Assembly: GCA_009103225.1 (NCBI GenBank)
Contig: RHPI01001043.1
Span: 102,056 to 166,055 of the forward strand
Length of the DNA stretch: 64,000 nucleotides
Origin: Chlorokybus atmophyticus
Taxonomy: Eukaryota; Plantae; Mesostigma and Chlorokybus algae
Reading direction: 5' to 3'
Part shown: positions 31,766-43,097 of the stretch, one piece after another
How positions within the stretch are numbered: position 1 is the stretch's first letter
Layout: every line of letters starts with the position of its first letter
Program-made: the position numbers and the translations under genes
Notes under the pieces: generated by a model
Told to the model about the DNA's origin: nothing
Seen by the model: only the letters and a program-made list of their open reading frames with translations
Databases searched by the model: none

Positions 31766-32951
31766 GCTAGATACAGCAACAGACCAAATGTGTACATAAA
31801 CAACATCAATATGCTTGGCAACAGTGAGCGCAACGGCTTTACAAACTGTATGTGTGTGCAACCCGTGTGTGCATGTGCATGCATGTTCAACGTGCCATAC
31901 ACACGCACACACCCAAACTCTGCATGTGCAGCGGCCTACACCAGCGCCAACACCAACGCCGCCGCGGCAACACTGCCTAATGCAACAACTATCGTTTAGG
32001 CGCCATGGCTGCAACCTTGCCGCCAAAAAATGACTGTAACAATGCATGCAGTGGCAATAGCTGTCAAGGCAAGCCTTGCAAACCGCCTGCACACCACCAA
32101 CACAGCCGCCACGTCACCCAACCCAACTATAACCTTATCCAAGGCCCAAGCTGCCTATCAGCGCTTGACAGGCAGCTTAGGTACTTACGAAATTAGGGCA
32201 AACTGCACTTTGCAGCAAACCCTAAAACACCCCTACTTTGGCGCGCTGTAGCTCACGGTACACCGCGCCCAAATATGCGAAAAAAATACTGTTGTGTAGG
32301 TAACATTATTAGCTGCCTAGCGTTCATATACATCCCCGCCGAAAAAGCAATGTAGGAAAAGTTATGATCTTAAAACCTTAAAAACCTCCGAAATTAGGTG
32401 AATTGACCCTATATTCAACAAACCCGAGCATACGAAAACTGGAACGATTGTTACTGTTCATGAGCAAAGTCTCTCTCACTAATGGGAAAAATCCAGCCAC
32501 CCGGGGGCACGTGACTAACATCGCATGCACCATTCATGATGTAAATGCATGCAACTTTGCTAGGTCGGTAGGCACTTAGTCACAAGCGCCGCAGGCAACT
32601 GGTTGTCCAGCTGCTGACATGGCGTGCCATCGTCAGCAGTGGCGCGACTGACGCTCAACCAACTGACAGCATTCGATTGACTGCCACGTAAATCTTTCGC
32701 TTTGTACACGATCAAGCACACGGTCTTACAGGCCCCGCTTCCTGTGGCATGGCTCCCAATCCGGTTAAGACCAATCACGTATCAAGCTGCATCAAGCGCT
32801 ATGTATACATGCTTGCGTACTTGCGTTCTTTAGTCCGTAGTGAAGTCCGTAGTCTGCAGCTTTCAGCTTTCAGGTTGTAAGTGGGTTTGCTTGCTGGGTT
32901 GTGGTTGCTGTGAGAGTCGTCTTTGTCGTCGTCGTTATGGAGAGCCATCGC

Positions 32952-33444
32952 ATGGAGGGCGAGACCTACAGCCAGCGCACGCAAGGCACCACCAACATGG
33001 CCGGCCAGAAGATGCAAGAGACCAGAGTGAGCACTTGCCTTTGATTGCTGTTGATTGCTTAGAAGCTCGTAATGTCCAACCCAAAGTGGTTAAGCAGTCG
33101 GATACAGGCATGCTTGCATTGTGGGCTGATCTCTTGGTCCAGGCTATAATGGTATGCCATGCATGCAGTTGCACCATAGGTCTGGTTGTTGCAAGTAGCA
33201 GTGCTTATGCAGCTTGCAGCAAGCTTGCTGATCTTTGAGGTTGTCTGCGTTCATGCAGGAGGCGGCGGGCCAGAAGATGGACGAGATGAGTCAACGGTCG
33301 AGCGAGATGGGGCAGGAGACGAAGCAGAGCGCTCAGAGCATGACCGAGCGCGCCAAGGAGACAGCGAGCGAGGTGGGCGACAAGATGAGCGACATGGCGC
33401 AGAGCGCCAAGGAGAAGATGGGCATGGGAGGACACCAGGAGTAA
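32952..33444 (+). CDS. Small LEA-like hydrophilin, two exons
   Basis: MEGETYSQRTQGTTNMAGQKMQETR|gtgagc...gcag|EAAGQKMDEMSQRSSEMGQETKQSAQSMTERAKETASEVGDKMSDMAQSAKEKMGMGGHQE*. Hydrophilic, no Cys or Trp, group-3-like AKE repeats. Confidence 0.8.
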
Positions 33445-34476
33445 GAGTTCAATTCTTCATGGCTGCGCCACGGACCCCTCCTGACAGGCTAGCACACAGC
33501 AGGCATGCTGCCCACCACCATCACCGCCGTAGATACCTTCCATCCTGTACAGGACCTTTTCTGTGAATACAAACGCCAGACTGTGTGCACGCCAAACAAG
33601 GATGTACCTTGTATGTAAACCGTTTCTAAGTCATTCACGCTTGCAGCGGTACACTACTGCTCTAGTTGTGTGGCCTGCATACTCACATGCAGTTCAACTG
33701 ATCATCAGGCCAGTGGCCTGGTGAAAGCTCTTGCGTTCATGGCATGTTTACGCGAGAAGTGTTGGTGGGGTTGGTTTCGTCAGCTCATCGTAACGTGGTT
33801 GAGAATGTACATCCATCGCTGGTATGTTTTCAACAAGTTGAACTCATGTATGCTCGTCTTCTAACTTATTGCAACCTCATTGGTTACAAAGTGGTTACAC
33901 TTCAGTTTGCTGTACTAACGGTAGATTGACTGCGAGTGTTCACTGAGTGGTGACTATGAGTGGCATTGTGGTAGATCGTGTGGCGTGTGCACAAAGATAG
34001 CATTGCGTGTGGTTGTGCTATGTTGAGGGTGGTACTGCATAATCATTACGTGGCATGTTGTCCACGTGCAAGCACTCTGGTTGCCAAGTAGTACACGCTT
34101 GAGTACGCATCGTTTAGCTCGGTGGTTTCGCATAGAGTGAGGTGAGTGTGATGCATGCTGTGACATGCATCCCATGATGTTATGGGTTGCAAGCGCATAT
34201 GCGCAGTCTGCATTGTTTGTACACTGCACATACCATGCACATGTGGGTGTAGAGATGTACAAACGACATACTACGCTGTTCTGCTGTGCATATTTTTGTG
34301 CTATGCTGCTTCATGTCACACCACCCAAACTATCACACTGCTAGAGTGCGACAACCGCGCTGGTACTCTATGGGCGTGTGTACAAGAGGTGGTATGCTAC
34401 AATTGACACATGCATGGTGTGAAGCACACAGCAACATGCATGGTGTGTGAGACTGCATGATAGACAGAGTTGAGTG

Positions 34477-34618
34477 ATGGTGTGAGGCAGTGAGCAGCGC
34501 AGCGATTCTTAACTGTTGTACACTTGCACATAGAGTTTCAGAGTTTTACAGGATGGTGTGAGGCAGTGTGCAGCGCAGCGACGCCGTTGTACACTTGTAC
34601 ATAGAGGTGTAGAGGTTC
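34477..34618. repeat. Approximately 75-bp imperfect tandem duplication
   Basis: GATGGTGTGAGGCAGTG(A/T)GCAGCGCAGCGA...GTTGTACACTTG(C/T)ACATAGAG occurs twice. Confidence 0.85.
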
Positions 34619-34759
34619 GCCAATAATAATTGTATACATGCAGTAGTGGGTGTCTCCGTATATATATCAGTACTCAGTGAAGTGCCTTGCGCAAGCTGTT
34701 CAACAACAACAAGTTGCACCGTGCTGCCGTGGCGCGCTAGAACCCCCTGCCAGCAACCG

Positions 34760-34921
34760 CATCAAAACAAGGAGGCGGATGCCGCATCCGCCATTGGTTT
34801 GATGGTGGGTATCATACTCAAGATGGCATACGGCACCGTGATAGGTGCCGAGCGTAGGAGAACTTCACCTACGCTCGGCGCCTATCTTGACATTGAGGCA
34901 GGTGACCATCACCTACCTCAA
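34760..34921. other. Three consecutive strong hairpins (structured non-coding cassette)
   Basis: 34760-34804: CATCAAAACAA/TTGGTTTGATG enclosing GGCGGATGC-C-GCATCCGCC. 34840-34886: 19-bp stem GATAGGTGCCGAGCGTAGG/CCTACGCTCGGCGCCTATC. 34893-34921: 13-bp stem TTGAGGCAGGTGA/TCACCTACCTCAA. Confidence 0.85.
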
Positions 34922-36119
34922 CTGTGCACAATGGCATCCATGGCTGCATGCGTGCCACAATAGCAGCACAGTGGTGTGTATGTAGCCTGCAGTGCATGCG
35001 TGTGCGACTTTATGTGATCGCCATGTCACCAAGGCACTTCTACTTACACTGCTGGCGACTGTGGGTGTGGATGTGGCGATTTGGATGGGTGGCTGTGGGT
35101 GGCGGTGTGTGTGCATACGTGCGTGCGTTCGAGTTGGCTGGCGGTATGTGAGAGTGTGGTGTCTTTGGCAAATGTGCCACCTGACATGATGGTGTGCGAC
35201 GTGAGAGGCAGATAACGTGTACGCATGACCGATGATCTACAAGTGGGCGTGGTTACGCTGTATGTGCGTGGCATGCTCGGCTACTGGCCGCAAGTAGCCG
35301 CTAGTAGGTATGGTAGCATACTGCAACACTGTCAGCGCCCGTATCCGGTGTAGCTCAAGCCTTTACACAAGCATGTGCACGATAACCAGCTGCTTGCACA
35401 CGGTATGCGCAGCCCAGCACTACATCGCACACTGAACACCCAGGCAGTACCACTCTCATACTGCACGGCCCGCAGGCACACGTGGGGCCGCGCTGCACAT
35501 GCTCACTGCGCACCCATCCGAGAGACTCTACTACGAATGTATATTTGTCATACGTAAGTGTATCGTCAAGCAGCGCAGCCATCTTTCGCTCGTCACACGG
35601 CTGGCTTTCCATCATCAGGCCGTCGCCAGTACCGCGGGGTTGGATGCAGGGGCTCCCAGCCTGGTATGATGCGTACCGTTGCTGCCGCAAACACACGCAC
35701 TGCGATTGGCAGTGCGCCACATCACGCACAGCACCGCCGCTGTACACTGACAGCACCCACCGTGCGTCACTGCAGTGTGCCACGTACGATACGCATGTGA
35801 CTGCGCGGTTGATTTGCATACACTGTCACAAAGTGTGGCACCCCCTTTTCTCAAACATGTGCACCCTATACCATACTCTACTGTCTCAGACACATGCTTC
35901 AGCCTTCGGCTGCTCTCAGTTGCATGTACTTCAGCAAGCCTCCTCAAGTTTCTCAACACTCACTGCAGACCACTGGGCTGGCAGCCCAGTCACACAGCTC
36001 GGAGAGCAACTACTGCAATTGTTTATATATAAGGGGTATGGTACGGTGGCAGCATGCATGGTGTGGACAATGCGAATGGCATGCATCAGCACAAGCATAC
36101 ACACGCTTTACACATCAAA

Positions 36120-36500
36120 TTTAACCACCGGGCTAGTTCTATGGCTGCTTGCTACACTATACCAATGCTAGCCCGCCCCGTTAGACATACAAGCATGCAT
36201 TCGATTAGTACCTGCTCACATGGGCGCTGGTCAGTCCGTTGTCAACCACGGCCACAGCTGCAACAGCATCAACATGCAGGACTACTCCCCCCTCTCCCTC
36301 CGCTCCCTCTGCCTCCGCCCTCCTCTCAGCCACTACTGCGCGGGCTGCTGCGTGCCACGGTTGTCAACAACCCTTGCCGCGCAGTGCTCACGTCAGCACT
36401 GCGCTGGGTAGGGACCTTTGGGTCGTACGCTGGGGCTGTGCTGCTGTGCTGGTTAGGTGCAGCTGGTAGGGTTGGGTGGTGGGGTTGGTTGGTTGTGTCT
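36120..36500. repeat. Repeat A', diverged homologue of 37680-38050, lying 3' of the Penelope-like RT
   Basis: Shared collinear blocks: ACC(A/T)CCGGGCTA, CCCCGTTAG, GCAGGACT, a C/T-rich tract, CCCTTGC..CAGTGC..ACGTCAGCACTGC and GGGTTGGGTGGTGGGGTTG. Confidence 0.75.
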
Positions 36501-36557
36501 GTGGCACGGGCAAGCTGGGTTACCAGCAGCCTGCTCCCCGTGCAGTGGCTCGTACAG

Positions 36558-37530
36558 TCAGGCCCGGTGCTTGCGCACTTCCGCAAACACTACCTTGTAC
36601 AAGAGCTGCGGTGGTGTGCAGTATACGTAGGTGTTCGCTGTCAACATCTTGTGACGCAGCGTCGCCAACAGGCGTTTCATGGGGTGTCCGTCCTGCTGCA
36701 TGCCCAGGAGCAGCGCGGACATGGCGCTGACAAAGTGAGTCCGGTAGGTGCAAACGCGACTGAATCTTGCGTACTGGGATTCGACGACGCCCAACTTCAC
36801 TGTGCGAGGTAGATTGGACGATGGTAGGGGTGCTCGGTGGCGTGGTACGTTGGCGAAGGCTGGCAGATCACGCTTGCAGTATAGTCTGGTACACATTCCC
36901 AATTCCGTCTGGAACACTAACAGATCCAAAAATGAGACTGAAGTACCGCAGGCAGTGCTGGTCACCGTCAGAATGTCTCGCGGGTATATGCCTCCCCCTG
37001 GGACACCCGGTCCTCTGTACAGCAGATGCTCAAACTCCGGGATGTCCGCCACAAACAGATCGTCTATGTATCGCAGTACACCACGCGAGCACCTTGCTAA
37101 CAGCTGTACGTCACCAGTGCTCTGCAGGTGGTCGGCGAAGTCGAGTTCGTGGGTTAGCAGATACCCATTCGCCAAATGTGCACCAGCGTTGTTGCCCATC
37201 GGCACCCCCACGCACTGTCTGTACAGCTCATCAGTGGCTGTACGCACGTATAGGTTGGCCAGCAGGTACCGTAGCATGGCGCTCAGCAGTGCCGGGGTGA
37301 AAGTACGCCATTGGTGACCGTCGTCGTCTTCATAAGTGGCTGCCGCTGTCCAATAATGTAGCACCGTGCCATCCGATTCCACTGCCAAATGCAGATGCGT
37401 AGCGCGGCTGTGGTTGTGGTTGTGCTGATAGTCAAAAGTGGCAGCTACCAACCTCTCCATCCTTTGCAGTAGATCAGTGTGCTGTATGCGCGTTTAAAGT
37501 GTCGAAAAATCACAAGTCTTTAGCAGCATG
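36558..37530 (-). mobile_element. Penelope-like retroelement RT (Naiad/Chlamys-type), 5'-truncated, with a premature stop
   Basis: LLKTCDFSTL*TRIQH (DFSTLYT motif with Y>stop at 37494-37496), YRQCVGVPMGNNAGAHLANGYL..E, RYIDDL, IYPRDIL, FLDL, LYCKRD and SN-P...VESQYARFSRVC. Confidence 0.88.
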
Positions 37531-40135
37531 CGTATCTGCTTGTCACATGTTGTGCGAGTGGAGTTCACCGCACATTGTATAGGGTATGTGAAGTGCTGTG
37601 TGAGACACACGCATACATATGCCACATGCACACCAACACTCACATGCACACTACCAATTCAGTTTATCAAGTTGTACACCATCACTACCGGGCTAACCAC
37701 TATCACTATGACACTACCGCCCGTCCCCGTTAGCCATGCATGCATGTTGACATGGTGTTACCTGCCCACAGGGCCGTTTCAGTCAGTTCTGTTCAGCGTC
37801 GCAGTTGCTGCAGCATCAAAGACCAGCAGGACTCCCTCCCCTCCTCCCCCTCCTCCCCCTTCTCCGCCACCACCCCCTTCCTCTGCCTCTCTCATCTCCC
37901 AAACCCTCTGCGCGTGAGCCACCCCGCGGTGGTCCTGCTGCCGCTGCCACCCTTGCGCTGCAGTGCCAACGTCAGCACTGCACTGCGCAGGGTCCTTGCG
38001 TCCTTGCCGACAGTTAGGTCTGGTCGGTGGGGTTGGGTGGTGGGGTTGTGTCGCTGATGACGCAAGCGCATGCACGCAATATCTACTAGATAGTACCTTC
38101 ACTATCAACACACAAGTTGTACATCATGATGTACATCTGTGCTCAACAGGTAGGCACATGCAACATGGATGCCAAAATGTGTACCGGATGCGGTGCATGT
38201 CATTGATGTATTTGTCTTGTGTGCGCGGCTGTGAAACGCGTGCATGCGTAGCAAGATGATAAGTGGAAAATGCGCACGCAACAACAACATTGTGCTACAC
38301 ATGCCGCACCACGTTTACGTACACGACTTCCAGGCGTGGATCTTATGATGTTGGCTAGGTATGAGGAATCAACGCATAACCAAACCCACCGTGACCGCAC
38401 TGCCTGTTGTGCACGCATGCACAAGAACTCAGCCACAAACAGTGTCAAGTTGTTATTACATGGTTTATGCACAACGCAACATTACAAAAAGAAGAACATG
38501 GCTCCAGCACAACTTATCCACAATCCACAGCGAAAATCCGTGTACAGTGCACATCATCCAACCCTGTGCTTAGTATCAAAAAGACGTGCACGACCTGACA
38601 GAATGTATCCATGCTGGGTCTGCATGAAAAGCAAGTCAATTGAGCGCAGTTGCACGTGTGACGCAGTCAGCAGCGAGCACAATTCCAAACACCAGACATA
38701 GTTATATACACCAACACATGTGCACAGTCACGCNTAAGTGGCTGCCGCTGTCCAATAATGTAGCACCGTGCCATCCGATTCCACTGCCAAATGCAGATGC
38801 GTAGCGCGGCTGTGGTTGTGGTTGTGCTGATAGTCAAAAGTGGCAGCTACCAACCTCTCCATCCTTTGCAGTAGATCAGTGTGCTGTATGCGCGTTTAAA
38901 GTGTCGAAAAATCACAAGTCTTTAGCAGCATGCGTATCTGCTTGTCACATGTTGTGCGAGTGGAGTTCACCGCACATTGTATAGGGTATGTGAAGTGCTG
39001 TGTGAGACACACGCATACATATGCCACATGCACACCAACACTCACATGCACACTACCAATTCAGTTTATCAAGTTGTACACCATCACTACCGGGCTAACC
39101 ACTATCACTATGACACTACCGCCCGTCCCCGTTAGCCATGCATGCATGTTGACATGGTGTTACCTGCCCACAGGGCCGTTTCAGTCAGTTCTGTTCAGCG
39201 TCGCAGTTGCTGCAGCATCAAAGACCAGCAGGACTCCCTCCCCTCCTCCCCCTCCTCCCCCTTCTCCGCCACCACCCCCTTCCTCTGCCTCTCTCATCTC
39301 CCAAACCCTCTACGCGTGAGCCACCCCGCGGTGGTCCTGCTGCCGCTGCCACCCTTGCGCTGCAGTGCCAACGTCAGCACTGCACTGCGCAGGGTCCTTG
39401 CGTCCTTGCCGACAGTTAGGTCTGGTCGGTGGGGTTGGGTGGTGGGGTTGTGTCGCTGATGACGCAAGCGCATGCACGCAATATCTACTAGATAGTACCT
39501 TCACTATCAACACACAAGTTGTACATCATGATGTACATCTGTGCTCAACAGGTAGGCACATGCAACATGGATGCCAAAATGTGTACCGGATGCGGTGCAT
39601 GTCATTGATGTATTTGTCTTGTGTGCGCGGCTGTGAAACGCGTGCATGCGTAGCAAGATGATAAGTGGAAAATGCGCACGCAACAACAACATTGTGCTAC
39701 ACATGCCGCACCACGTTTACGTACACGACTTCCAGGCGTGGATCTTATGATGTTGGCTAGGTATGAGGAATCAACGCATAACCAAACCCACCGTGACCGC
39801 ACTGCCTGTTGTGCACGCATGCACAAGAACTCAGCCACAAACAGTGTCAAGTTGTTATTACATGGTTTATGCACAACGCAACATTACAAAAAGAAGAACA
39901 TGGCTCCAGCACAACTTATCCACAATCCACAGCGAAAATCCGTGTACAGTGCACATCATCCAACCCTGTGCTTAGTATCAAAAAGACGTGCACGACCTGA
40001 CAGAATGTATCCATGCTGGGTCTGCATGAAAAGCAAGTCAATTGAGCGCAGTTGCACGTGTGACGCAGTCAGCAGCGAGCACAATTCCAAACACCAGACA
40101 TAGTTATATACACCAACACATGTGCACAGTCACGC
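37333..40135. repeat. Near-perfect 1401-bp tandem duplication (37333-38733 = 38735-40135) joined by a single N; probable scaffolding overlap artefact
   Basis: The copies differ at only one position noticed (CTCTGCGCG versus CTCTACGCG), and the junction at 38734 is a lone N. Confidence 0.9.
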
Positions 40136-40739
40136 GCAAACTACCACCCACCACCCACAAGCACACTTTTCAACTTCACAAGTCCCCTCACCCACAACAC
40201 AAATGCCCACCACAGAGCCTTCTCCACATTGCACTCAAACTCCTCAACTTGCGCCTAGAGAGCAGGTTGAAGCAAGTGCCCACTCACACACGCTGCCTCA
40301 CCTGGTAGATAGAATTGATCTAAACACTGCACACACGCATCCACTGACAGACACACACGCATGATGGCGCTGATTGTGGCTTGAAAAGTCAACAATAGAG
40401 TTTCATGGCACTGAAGCAGTAAGCGTAATCGCAACCGAGATGCATTTGATTCAGGCAGTACGGAGTGTATGTGCATGCGTGCATGTTCTCAAACACTTAT
40501 GCGTGTGTGCTCATGCGCAGGTGTGCATGCGCGTAGGTAGGAGTCTTCAATATATGCGATGCAAGGAGTGTGCGAATCATGATGCGCATGATTGAGTGGA
40601 TGCATAGACTCTTGTTGGATCCGATGCATGACTGCGTGCGCGTGTGCGTTTGTGCAGCTTGTTCAGTCTTCTGCATCACTGGTCAACAGCAGGATCACAC
40701 AGACACACACACACCTTCTGTTCCACATGCTTGTCTTCC

Positions 40740-41183
40740 TCATTGCTCCGGCGACTGCTGCGTGGCTTCGCTCTGCATCCCCGCCTTCTGCATGGCCGCC
40801 GCCCCGAGCTCCTTGGCCTTATCCAGCAGGGTGGAGGCGGTCTCCTGCGCCACCTGCGAGGCCTCCGCCGCCTTGCGCGAGGCGGTCTCCTCCGCCTGGG
40901 CCGCTCCGCCCTTAGCGGTGTCGTACGCCTGGGCGGCGACGCCCTTCGCGCCCTCGTAAGCCTGGCCGGTCTTGTCCTTGGCGGCACCAGCGGCGTCCTT
41001 GGCCGTGCCAGTGGCAGCACCAGCGGCGTCCTTGGCCGTACCCGTGGCGGCGCCGGCGGCCTGCTTGGCGGACTCGGTGGCGGCACCGGCGGCGCCCTTG
41101 GTGTGCTCGTAGGCGGCGCCCGCTTGCTCCTGTACAAGCACACACATACACACATGCACTGTAAGACCGATGGCATCAACCAT
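40740..41183 (-). CDS. Group 3-type LEA protein with 11-mer repeats
   Basis: EQAGAAYEHTKGAAGAATESAKQAAGAATGTAKDAAGAATGTAKDAAGAAKDKTGQAYEGAK..., with 33-nt tandem codon repeats and strong GC3 bias. The short first exon (MVDAIGLT) is uncertain. Confidence 0.85.
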   Translation of the reverse strand: MVDAIGLTVHVCMCVLVQEQAGAAYEHTKGAAGAATESAKQAAGAATGTAKDAAGAATGTAKDAAGAAKDKTGQAYEGAKGVAAQAYDTAKGGAAQAEETASRKAAEASQVAQETASTLLDKAKELGAAAMQKAGMQSEATQQSPEQ

Positions 41184-42230
41184 ATCGCCGCAAGGTGAGT
41201 TGCAGTGAGAAGGTGACGAGATCGTCAGACATGTGTGCGTGCATGCATGCACGCACAAGCCTGCTGAGCAGATCAATCATTTGGCTGGTGGGTGTATGCA
41301 AGCGATGGTCTAGTTACTCCCACTGCATGCATGGCTACGGCAAGCAGGCAATCAGAGTGGATGCATGCATCCAGACAGCCCCGCACTCACGCATGCATGC
41401 GTGTGAGCACGTGCATGGAGTGGTGTGACACTGGTATGAGAAAAGGTTCTCTTTCTTTGTGCAGTTCTGTATGCTACGTACTCCTTAACTTAGGCCTCTG
41501 TGACCATGTTCCATTGCATGCAGGTTACATATGACAAGATGCCACTAACGCTTGGACACAATCACTTGCCAAGTTATTCGAGAGCAAGAGCAGCAGTGCA
41601 GCGAGTACAACGGTTGAACTTGCTGCTCTGTCTCATGCATGCATGTGCAAAAAGAGCAATGACGCACCTTGGCTCCCTCCATACTCATGGTTGCTGACGG
41701 CTCAACACAGACTCTCCCCTTAAGGTCGCTTGGCTCAACACGGGTGCGTGCTTCCAGTTCTGCTTGCTCTCGTTTAGCAACTGCGAGCTTCCTACTACTT
41801 TGAAGACTCTGAAGACGAAGACACTGAAGAGAGACACGGCTGCACCTTCACCTCGCCGCACTCCCTAGCAACAAGTATGTATATATGTATGGCGGAGACT
41901 TCTTGACAGGTCTTCAAGCGCCTGCAGCGCCTGTGCCTGTGGTGAAGATCCGCCTGTATCAGAGCATCAGTGACTCCTCTCCTCGACAGCATCTGGAAGC
42001 TAACAGAGTCATGAGGGTCATGTCACAGGACACATCTATCATAAAAACCGTGTCAGGAGTTGCACGGCGGCAAAGCCGAGGATGGGGATTCTGATTTGCA
42101 TACCGGGTTGGGGGATTTGTGGCGGGGGGCATTATGGTATATAGGTAGTGAGCAGTAGAGTGTCGCTTGAATGGTCCGCCAAAGTTGACCCTGAGTACAG
42201 ACCTACTGGATAAGGGCGCAACAGTTACGC

Positions 42231-42231
<1 letters not shown>

Positions 42232-42271
<40 letters not shown>
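42232..42271. repeat. (CT)n microsatellite
   Basis: Seen directly. Confidence 0.95.
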
Positions 42272-42278
<7 letters not shown>

Positions 42279-43097
42279 ATCAAGAGCTCTAAGACACTAT
42301 TCGATGTGTGTGTACAAAAGGGGTGTGCTACTATGCCGGCATGCATCGTGTGCCGAGACATGCAAGCGACATGCATCACACTCATGGGTGAACACATTCT
42401 ATTCACCACCGGGCTAGTATTTTCTATGCTATGCCAACTCTAGCCTGCTCCGTTAGCCATGTGTGTGTGGGTGGGTGGATATGTAAAGTGCTGTGGGGGA
42501 ACAAGCACAGGCAAAGTATCCACTGGAGATCTGGCAAACATACACGTTCTGTGCTGTTGACACAAATGTTCTGACAACTGCATACATATAATGCGCTGAC
42601 ATGTCAGTACACACCTGTACCTAAAGCAGCAACCATTGCAATGCCCGGGCATCAGGGCTCCTTGTGTTACTACACGCCATGCTGCAGAGCTTATTGACCT
42701 TGGAGCCATACACCAAGCTTCACTGGTAGTGTGCATGCATGCAGCACATGCAGCAGAGTGCGCATGTCAACACTGCTTGTACCAGCATGAATGATGGAGC
42801 ACCTCGCACACATGCCGCCTGAGTCCCAATGACGCATGAGATATACAGCCATCGAGCTTAGCGCAGCCATCTGGTAATACACAAACAAAAAGCAACCAGC
42901 ACACGGCTCTTGTGCCCAGGAGCATTCAATGATGCCACTTATGTAAGAGGTTCAGGCATGTTGAGGGGAACGTATACATACGTGATCCAGTACACGCACT
43001 ACATATCACACTATCACAAACGCACACTTTGCAAGCAGGAACTACATACACTTACATTGTACTTACACTATACTTACAGAGTAGGTATCATAGTCAC

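Larger units (their letters stand above)
28650..32409 (+). mobile_element. pogo/Fot1-like (Tc1/mariner superfamily) DNA transposon, apparently full length
   Basis: Perfect 23-bp TIRs GGGTCAATTCACCTAATTTCGGA (28650-28672 and 32387-32409), flanked by TA at 28648-28649 and 32410-32411. Encloses a DDE transposase gene. Confidence 0.95.

Noticed and set aside
35596-35620. Minus-strand CTGATGA-TG-GAAA resembling a minimal hammerhead ribozyme core near the PLE
   Set aside because: No compatible stem I or stem III with an NUH cleavage triplet could be built around it.
35300-35800. Minus ORF 35355-35819 as the PLE GIY-YIG endonuclease, and weak similarity to 38100-38450
   Set aside because: No GIY/YIG motifs; the similarity is limited to a few short words and cannot be confirmed by eye.
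38054-38075. CTGATGA-CGCAAGCG (hammerhead-like core plus stem II) at the edge of repeat A
   Set aside because: It is followed by CATG rather than the required GAAA.
41795-42900. Possible small minus-strand gene between the LEA and hydrolase genes
   Set aside because: No consistent exon chain or recognisable motif; part of the region is the dispersed repeat and a (CT)n tract.
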